A stretch of 62,311 nucleotides of DNA, counting the filler, from Sphacelaria rigidula (lineage: Eukaryota): NCBI GenBank assembly GCA_964200075.2. It is 4 parts of 4 records of this genome, joined end to end, with 100 filler letters (N's around TTAATTAATTAA, not from the genome) between each part and the next. Parts side by side here need not be neighbours in the genome. Positions count along the whole stretch, not along the records: positions 46,814 to 62,311 come from CAXNAA020001723.1; 3 more parts are not named here. The stretch is one strand, 5' to 3'. Every line of letters starts with the position of its first letter. The first letter of the stretch is position 1. Shown piece after piece: positions 53,510-62,311 of this stretch. The position numbers were made by a program, and so were the translations under genes. The notes beneath the pieces are model-generated. The model saw nothing but the letters and a program-made list of their open reading frames with translations, did no database searches and was not told where the DNA came from.

Positions 53510-53535
53510 TGGTGTCTAATCCGAGAGTCGAACTC
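53510..53535 (+). promoter_or_regulatory. Primer-binding site of element B
   Basis: TGGTGTCTAATCCGAGAGTCGAACTC is the complement of GAGTTCGACTCTCGGATTAGACA-CCA (tRNA T-arm plus acceptor strand). Confidence 0.8.
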
Positions 53536-56500
53536 CGATTCCCACAGAAGGATAGGGTTTGGCATGATTGTGCTGCAGCATCGCTGTGCGGGCTGTGAGG
53601 GCGACTGTAGCAAGTGCTTCACTTCAAGGGAGAATAGCCTGTTGGGATTGAGTATTCACCGCCGGGAAGAGGTGGCGAAGGGTTCGTACACTGGTGTTTT
53701 GCGATTCCTGAGGACACGTCACACTGGATACGGCGGCAAATCACGCAATCATACACGAAATGTTCACCGCGGCGGGGGACCCGACAGGCTATTTTTGAAG
53801 AAGAGAAGAACTGGCCACAGTCGCCCTCACAGCCCGCAGCAATGCTGCGGCACAATCTTGCCGAACCCTACCCTTCCCCCGAAGCTCCCCCCCGCCCGGG
53901 TAGCCCCCACAATGCCCTTCTATCCCCAAGTGCCCGCCGTCTCCCGCGCTACAGCACCTACCGTCGCCGCGTTCAGCAACCAGCTAGCGACTCGGACTTA
54001 CACGACATCCCGTTCGTGAAGCAAGAGCTAAAACCCGACCGGCCCATGCACCACGACTTAGCCCCGGGGCGTGCTGTCGATCACCCGGTAGTTGGTACGC
54101 AAGCGAAACCCTCGGTACCCCAGTCCAGTGCACTTCTTCACTGCCAGCAGGCGCCGCCGCATCTGCTCAAGTGACTCAATCCACTGAGCCGTCCATGCGC
54201 CCGGCCGGTCTCGACCGGAATAGCAGCAGTCATGGAGTTCCTGCGCGAGCACATATTGTGCGTCGGTCACGCGTTCACCGGTTCATGCTGTCAACGGGGC
54301 AATACCCCTTGCCCATGAACGAGCGACATTATTCCGACATTCCTCTGAAGCGTGTTGCGTGCCCGCCGCAAAGCCTTCATTCCCCAACGCCGGCCTGAAG
54401 CATGAACAGAGGTCGGATACTTGCCCGCTCTAGACATGGGCCCCATCGGAGAAGACTATATAGCGATCTTGTGGAGGTGCTGACTGTACCATCAGGAGCA
54501 GTCGCCGACAGTATCGATTTCTCGCCCGACGCATGAACGTGCGCCTTAGGTACGACTGACCTGGGGAACCGACGACGGCCAACTCCTGCAATGGCTACCA
54601 AGCGCCACGGAAGCCGACTCTGGGTAACGGGTGACGTATGGCATCGTCGGCGTCTCCGCCGCCCGCGGAGAGGTTTTGGTAGACATCAGAGTAAGTGGGG
54701 GTAACTCTATATCGGGAATGTTGTTGCGTAGCCTGCACAAGGCTAGCATGTCAGACGGTGCTCTCAACCGAGGCGTTCACTGTGTCGCCAGCCCTCCTCA
54801 GGGAAATGTCCCTACGATGCCTATATTTGGATCCGTAACGGTTCCCCTGCTCCTGACCTCCGACTCACGGGCCCGTCCCATAGTCGTGAAAAAGTGGAGG
54901 ATATACAGCATAACTTTGGTTGAGGATGGAGTACCGTAGGTCCAATGAGAGTGGCTTAGACTTCGGCCCACGCAAAGGGTCCCACCCATCGCCATCGGCC
55001 CCATGGATCCCGTTTCTGATTAATGACAGCCCCCGCCACCACACACAAAACATATCAGTAGCCTTGAATGCGACGCCCGAGTCCTTTACCCGCCCACCCG
55101 TGCCCTCAACCTCACTGGCCCACAACCCTCTCAGCTACCACATCACTTGGGGAGATGGCAGCACCCTAGAGTGGAAGCTCCACCTGGTTGATCCAGCTTT
55201 TGTGATGAGTGGACTCGTCAGCATCGCCGTGGAAATGACTGCTGTCGGACCTCAGCCGCAAGATCGGCAGGTCATTCTCGTACTTCCCCAGGCTGAGTTT
55301 GGTTTGGATGGGTAGGCAGTAGTATGGGTAGCCAAGGGAGTGTTGTGGTGACTGCCGGGGTCGTCGGTGCACCGTGAATATGGAAATAAGAGTAAGGATC
55401 AGGTAGCGGTAAAGACTGGCGGTACCATCGTGCGTATGATAGCACTAGCTGCAAGTGATCCCGTCCGGTTACCACAACTTTTCGACCCAAGTCCATCCAC
55501 GGTAGACCCCCGTCGCAACCCTGTTCCCGTGCCACACACCCCGACAATGTATGCTGGATCTCACCGCCTCTCAAGCATATCAGACGCAAACACAAGACAG
55601 TTAGATTGGGTAAAGAAAATTGTGTACGTCCTGCTGGGCCCCTATACACGCTGGACTATTCCCCACAAACCCCAAGAGGCTTCGGGCTTGCATCAACGGT
55701 GAGCTAGAACTCCCCATTCACCCGTCTTGTACACAATTTATTTGCAGCAAAATAGCGCCGATTTTCTCCCGAAGAACGTCACAAGATTCGCGAGAAAGTA
55801 CACAAGCTTCTTGGCAGAGAGATCATCCGATCTTCAGTCTCTTCGTGCGCTGCCTAGTGTTTTTGCGTTGAGTAAAAGAATAGTACCCTAACTTTGTGTA
55901 CCGATTGGCGTGAACTCAACAAAGTCTTGGTGTGAGACATTTGGGACTCGGGAGATATGCAATCGATGTTCGACGGTCTCAAAGGCAAGCGTTATTTCAT
56001 GCGACTCGACCTTGCGTCAAAATTCCGCCAAATCAAAATCGCAGAAAAGGGCCATCACAAAACGGCATTCTGAGATGCGGAAGACCTACTCTACGAGTTC
56101 ACCCGGACCTGCTTTGGTCTAACGGTTTGCCCACAGCTTTCACCCGTAGAGTGAAATCATCGGCACGTCATTTAGATGGAGTATTTAGCTGGTTTGACGA
56201 CGTCTTTTTCGCCGGTGCATTATGAGACGAGCACCTAGCTTTGCTCGTGATCGTTCTGCAGCGGTTGCTAGTCGCGGGATTCGCTGTAAACTTAGTCAAA
56301 CTCAATTTCGCATCCACATCACAGGAGATTTTGTGCATGCTGATCAAAAGCAATGGTCTCTAACTTGCCCCTTCTCAGATTGCAGCTATCGCTGAGATGC
56401 CCAGACCGTCCTCCATCGAGGAACTGCGTACTTTTTAGAAGTGACAGTTTATCTGCGACAGTTCACGAAGAAGTACAGCATGGTCGCCACTCTGCTAGTC

Positions 56501-56573
56501 GGTCTGCTCCGCAACAAAGATTTCGTATCCAAGAGAGAGCGGGAATTACCCATACACTATGGTGCTGAGAAGG

Positions 56574-57162
56574 TGTGATGGTATATGACCGCGTGCGAGA
56601 ATTAAACTAGCTCCTTGGAGTATAACGGTCATTTTCACAAACTACCGGCAAGTAAGAGAAGAGGATCCTAGTCGAATGTGTGCTTGTGTAAAGTGGAAAT
56701 TGGATTATTGCATGGTTGATTTGGCGTTTTGATGAGCTGGTATTCGGACATGTCTGTCCAGCGTGAGTCATATAGGGCACACGCTTGCCAACGCTTGATT
56801 GGCCGGAGGCACGCGCCGGGATGATTTTGTCATACGACTGTTGTGCGCGAGGCAGGGTAAAGGTTGAGCCGCGATCTTGCACCTCTTTCCCTCTCAGTCT
56901 CACTTGTGCTCACGGACTAAAACTTTCGACATCTTTTATATAAGAGCCTTCAAACATCGCCTACCTGCCGATCTCTCCAACGATACTGGTCTTCAAGTCC
57001 ACGTCCGACCGATGTAAGTTGTGAAGCTGCTGTGTTTGTATTATAACCCCCCTTCCTCCGCCTCGCCAATCGATAGTAATTATCTGAAAGGCTTGGTGTG
57101 TAGTTCCCCAAAACAGCGGCAATTTGAGTGCCTAAGCAGAGAGTCTTCGGCCGCGTATCACA
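56574..57162 (+). mobile_element. Candidate solo LTR inserted between RT and RNase H of element B
   Basis: tgtgat...atcaca inverted termini and a TATA-like tttatataag at ~56935. It interrupts pol homology. No clean TSD. Confidence 0.45.
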
Positions 57163-60100
57163 AGCTGAACACAGGACTAGCTTGTCTGGATCCCTTCCTT
57201 GGGGTGCGGCTTGCTCTGCTACTGTTGATACTCTAGCACAGGAGCAAGTGTTCCAGGCGCTCAAAGTCGCACCATCTGCTTCGGCGGTACTAGCCTTCTC
57301 CGACCTCAACAACTCGTTTGTGCTTCAGACGGACGCGACCGAGATCGGAGGGGGGGAGTATCTCGACGGCCAGTCGGACTCGAAACTCGTATCGTATCCT
57401 TCGCTACCACATATTATTTCGTACTGACTCGCGCACGGCGTCCACAGAACTAGAGTGCATGGTCGTACTATGGGGTGCACAACGGTTCAGGTCATACTTA
57501 GCCGGTAAGAGGTTCAAGTTAATCGCCAATTGCTTGGCACTCATATGGCAGTTGCGCATTCCCGATCACCACCCCAAGCTACACAGGTGGGCGCCCAGGT
57601 TAAAGGAGTTCGATATCCAGCTCCAGCGGCGAGAGGGACCGCGGTATGTGCTACCGAATACCTTGTCCCGCCTTCCGCAAGCGAGTGAAATACAAGCCGA
57701 CATCGATGACTCATTCCCAGATGATTTCACGTCGGGTTCATTATCCGATTTTGCGGGTCACCGGGGGCCACAACTTGCGGGACAGCGATTGTCGGAATTG
57801 TCGCCGGGTGGTACAGATAGATCTGCGAACACCAACACAACTCTGTTACCGCTACCCAACCCCAACATACCTGCTGATCTTGCTTCCCTGAAGTTATCGC
57901 AGATTGCGCAGCAATCGACGACCGCCAATCTGTCCGCCGATCGGTCCAGATCCGCAGACCGACCATACGGTTGAAACTCCCGACGTCGCGCGCATATCTC
58001 CTCTGCCACCCGGTCTCCACGCGGCAGACCCGAGACTGCCGGCAGTGCCGTCACTGATCGAAGTTCCGTCATAGGTGCCATCATCTGTCACTCCGCCGAC
58101 AGTCAGCAAGCGCACGGAGATAGGCGAGGTCCTCTACGGAAGAGAAGACGTGCCTAGTTCACTCGCAGAATTCCGCCTGATGGACACAGCGGCAATTGAT
58201 CGTGCCTTGCTGACCCTTACCAACTCAACTAACCTGAACCGCCACCAACAAGAAGATCCCCTTTGGAATACGTGCGATCGGAACTGGGGGGCAACGGGAC
58301 GGCCGAAGTAGTACGAGAGAGGCGGTTGAAGCACAAGATAGACGGGCAAGGCATACTGCGATATACGATAGTCGAAAACAAGCAGTTGCTGGCTGCCACG
58401 AAAAACAATGATGGCCGACCTGTCCGCGCTCGTTCACATAGTTCATGGATATGTCAGAGCAGGTGTAACTCAAGCCTTGATGCGTGACCGCTTGCATTGG
58501 CCACCGAGGACGAAAGACATCAGGTAGTACGTGCTGCCATGAGGTTGCGAGAGGCGCAAGAGGGCGAGCAGTCGCTAAATGGCAATAAGGCCAGCGTGTG
58601 CGGTAGACCCATGGTGCGAGCTAGAGATCGACGTGTTCGCGAATGATATAACATCGCATTCACACAAGCACCTCCCCCCCCCCCCCCATATTCGATCGGG
58701 TTTCCAAGTTTCCATTTGGGTTTCCTTTGCCATCGCAACAAGCCGCCGCGGTAGCCCGTATCCTTGCGGAATCGTGCTTAATCTTCGGTGTCCCCAACAA
58801 AATCCGCTGTGGCAGAGGCGAGGAGTTTCGGACCGAGGTGGTCACCCGTCTGTGCAGGTGGATCAAAGCTATCATCGCCTTCGGACCGTCAAATCATACA
58901 CGGAACCAGGGCGCAGTCGAGAGACTGGGGGGATGGCTGTTCAATATGCTGTCAGAGCTTCGCAGGTCATCATGGTCTCAGAGGTGGGATGAATACGTCT
59001 CACCCGCTTTTTGAATCAAGCGCACATTCCCTGACACATTACTTCCCTCTGGCATGTAGGCCTTCGAATTAATATGTGGCCGTATGCCGCGCACATCGCT
59101 AGGTTTGCTCGTGCCTCTTTCGGAGGAAGCATAATTGAGCAAAGGACGGCACGATTACGTCGAACAGCGCAAACAGAACCTGCTCGAGATGAGACTGGCG
59201 TGAGGGCAAAGCAAGGCAGCAAAAGCAACGGCACGAGCGAGCTGTAACTCTACCGTCTCTAAGCTGTCAGCAGGTGTCAGTCAAGGAAGGAGACCTGGTA
59301 ATGGTTCGGGAGAGTGAGAGTCCAATGTATCGGATTGGTACTCGTAGACGAAGGAAACTGCAACATGAAAAGTATACGGGACCTTGGGGGGTAAAATAAG
59401 TGCTGATGGTGGAGCTCGGTGTGGAGGCAGTGACGCAAGAACGCAAACCACGTACTCGCAAGGTAGCTCCGTCAGTCGTTAAGCCGTATCACGTATGCCC
59501 GTAACACCTGAGACATTCAACCGCTGGCGAGTCCGCCCCATTCCTCTGGGGACCAGACTTCAATGCGGTGTCAACCTCCAATCCAAAACCCCACATCCTT
59601 CCCCAATGGGGCGTCGCGAGTCCAGATTCCCGACGGGAACTACAGGTTTGGAATGGCGAGAAAAGGCGCAGGATGGAGCCGTGTCGGAATGACTGCCGGA
59701 GAGCAAAATACTCGAGAGCTTTACACCCTTGAAGCTCAACACGTTCTATGCCCTCTGCCCTTCGTATCGCCCCGCCAAGGCATCTGACACACCGTTCCGC
59801 CCTGATGCACCTCATGCCCCCTTGTCGCACGGTGATGCTCTCAGTCTGTTCCTCCATAGATTTCACATATAGGAAAGATTTCGGTGGGAGTAAGCAGAGG
59901 GGACAGATTTTTCGACTTCGGCAAACGATTCTGGAGAGTGAGATGCGACGACGGAGAATGGGAGGAGTTGTAAGGTACAGACCTCCAATAACTGGCCAGG
60001 AATCCGAGCAAGCCCACGGCAACGACCGCTGTAAACTGGAAGACGGTAAAATGCGAAAGGAGCAGAGAAGAGCACTAGACGGAGCAAAGCGGAGAATAAT

Positions 60101-60574
60101 CATGTCTTGTTCTGTACTATAGGAGCAAACGGCAGCTCGTTTTTTTAATTTCGTTTGTTGTGGTGGTTTGCTTTTCTTCTTGCTCTTTTGCTCCTTGGTT
60201 TTGTTGTGTTTTTTCTGTGCATGATTCTTGATTGGCCTGGTGCTGTCCAACTATGTTTGTCTTGGTGGTGTAGTTCATTTGGTTTTTGTTCCTTCAAGTT
60301 ATTGGCTGTTCTAGGTCCGTTCATCACTATTTTTCGTTCCTCGGGGAACGTGAGCTCGACCTTAGGGCGCCTAGCCCTTCTCTCGAAAAAGTGCAGACGT
60401 AGTCCTGCGCTTTATCGGCATTGTATAGAAGGGTAGGCGTCAAATACCTGCTTGGACACTGCGTAGTGATGAAGTAATCTACTAGCCTATGGTGTAGGAG
60501 TCCCCCAGTGTCCGGTAGAATGGCAGTCACGGGTCGATGAGATGGTTGCCGCTCAAAATGAACCTTCTCATTAA

Positions 60575-60719
60575 CCCTTTGGGAACTCAAGTGCTGATTC
60601 TTGTTTTGTGAATCTTTGTGAATCGGCATCATTTTGACTNNNNNNNNNNAATGACTGAACATGATGCCGATTCACCAAAACAAAAATCAGCACTCCCTGG
60701 GGGTCTAGTTCCCAAAGGG
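60575..60719. mobile_element. piggyBac-type fold-back MITE in the 3' region of element B
   Basis: TTAA|ccctttgggaact ... agttcccaaaggg|TTAA; inner arms gtgaatcggcatcat / atgatgccgattcac. Confidence 0.85.
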
Positions 60720-62240
60720 TTAACTTGTAAGCGATTTCTTGGGTATTTTCAGTGTCGGTGCGAGCTCTATACTACCCACGGTCGGTGTAACTGACCGGAA
60801 GTGTCCAAGCGCAGATACCGTGTGTTTTCAGTAGCAACTGATCTCCAATGTAACTGAGATTCCGAGCGGACGCATAGGACGCGCGAAAGCGGTTGCTATA
60901 ATCGGAAGGAGCATGAGGGACTTCCCCCTAAGAGATGACGCTTTTCCCTGAACATCAATTCTTGCCCGTTACCTGAAATTCATGACGGGTGTTTCCCGCG
61001 ACCAATTCTAGCTCCAAATTTTGCGGGTTTCTCGTCCTTGTCATGACGGAAGGCTGGTGGCATACAGATGTGGGTGAATTACCCCCGGAGTCATGTCGAT
61101 ATCGCGATGGTTCTTGTTTCGTATCGGAAACACGCATAAGGCGAGAGGGGGGGATGTCACGACTGATATCAGCCGCGTGGGTAAGAGGCGTTCCGGAGTA
61201 CGCATGCTATGTACAGTAGGTCGTATTCGACTTGTGTAGTACGGGTGTTGTGTTCCGGCCTCATTTTGAGTATACCCTTGCTGTTGAGATAAAACCTACA
61301 CCCGGGTAGAAAATTTTGATAGAAGAACCCATCAGCCCTCCCCTCCACTTCGAGAGACCCCGCTTGCATTCAAGACTCCTTCACTGAACCCGCACGTGAG
61401 TCTAGGTTTGAAACAGTACTGCATGGGACTTCCTGGTCTGATGCCTTGTGTGCTGGGCGCATAAAGACGTACCTATTACAAACTAGCTGGTCGCTTGCAC
61501 TTTGAGGTGGTCGCTTGCACGTTGCAATCCCCAGCTCGTGTGCTTTTATGCAATATCTGTGCACTTTTGAGCACTCAACCATTTCAGATGTAATGACTGG
61601 TGTTAGAAACCAGGCCTAAGCGCCTCACATGTAGATTCACCTCGGTCGCCCATCAGACGTTTCTGAGGGGATCTTTCGAGGCATCACTCGATGCGCGATT
61701 ATGTTCGTTGACAGCGGGGATCATGTTATTGCGGGCGGTACGAGTTCAATCATGATTGTTGTTAATATCTTTGAGAAATAATGGATCTTCGAACCGCTCT
61801 CCGTCTGGACACACCGTTCTGGCGGAACCTAGGACGCAACTCCTCATCCTCTTGAACCAATTGTTCAAATGGCGACATTATTTTCTCGAAATTGAGTCAG
61901 CTTCCATAACAGGTACCAATGAGTCCTTTCTCGTTAGACATGCACAGTACACGAAACACCCCTGTACATACACCCCCATTCAGTGACTCACGATTCACGG
62001 CGATTCGTATTCTCGACGGTCGCGTCTTAACGAGACAAGAAATCTGAGAACGTAACGATGACAAGGATGATGATATAACGATTCACAACTTTAACATAAT
62101 GAGAAAGCGCCCCCTTTCCTATCGAAAGCGAAAAATAAGTGGTCAAAATGCAATGGCGATGACAACACGCAAACAGACCATGAATTCCCAGCAGGCCGGC
62201 ATTGTCGCATGGTCAAAACGCGGACCGCCTCAAGTACGAT

Positions 62241-62311
62241 CAGTGTTGTGAACCGAAAACCGAAAATTCGGTTTTCGGTCTGTTTTTCGGTAGGTTTTTG
62301 CCAACCGAAAC
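62241..62311. mobile_element. Left end of a hAT-like element, cut by the window end
   Basis: cagtgttgtgaaccg followed by repeated AACCGA/TTCGGT subterminal motifs. Confidence 0.55.

Larger units (their letters stand above)
53170..61586 (+). mobile_element. Decayed Ty3/Gypsy LTR retrotransposon (element B)
   Basis: 5' LTR ends at 53509 (start uncertain, homology visible from ~53170). PBS 53510-53535. RT WFDD at 56190-56201. RNase H (LQTDATEIG, TELECMVVLWG, LHRW) ~57240-57680. Integrase (NQGAVERL) ~58400-59070. PPT gcgagagggggga, then 3' LTR 61155-61586 (TG...CA). Confidence 0.92.

Noticed and set aside
56551-56565. CACTATGG Transib/RSS-like terminus
   Set aside because: No matching opposite end or 5-bp TSD was found.
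59489-60250. 253-aa minus-strand ORF in Gypsy B (antisense or env-like)
   Set aside because: It is antisense to the integrase tail and a T-rich tract, and shows no motif.

Overview
Eukaryotic, repeat-rich DNA, most likely a brown alga or related stramenopile. This is inferred from short exons with CA-rich or pyrimidine-rich acceptors and from the repeat content. The window is not one locus. It is four ~15.5 kb contigs (15508, 15504, 15501 and 15498 bp, descending) joined by artificial 100-bp N44-TTAATTAATTAA-N44 linkers. Contig 1 has a spliced TPR-protein gene, 3' fragments of non-LTR retrotransposons and several MITEs. Contig 2 has a hAT transposase remnant, a decayed full-length Ty3/Gypsy element carrying three nested DNA-transposon insertions, a Stowaway/DD39D-mariner derivative and a tRNA-derived SINE head. 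Contig 3 has a head-to-head gene pair (small basic DUF2462/UPF0390-like protein and SLC38/AAAP amino-acid transporter), TIR elements and an AGCT-rich minisatellite element. Contig 4 has the last four exons of an NAD(P)-binding Rossmann-fold gene, nested fold-back MITEs and a second decayed Gypsy element. The best leads for something new are two. First, both unrelated Gypsy elements appear to end their integrase in a chromo-like domain plus a second, Tudor-like domain. Second, a non-LTR family has C-rich tails and seems to insert into C-runs. All calls were made by eye; no searches were run.
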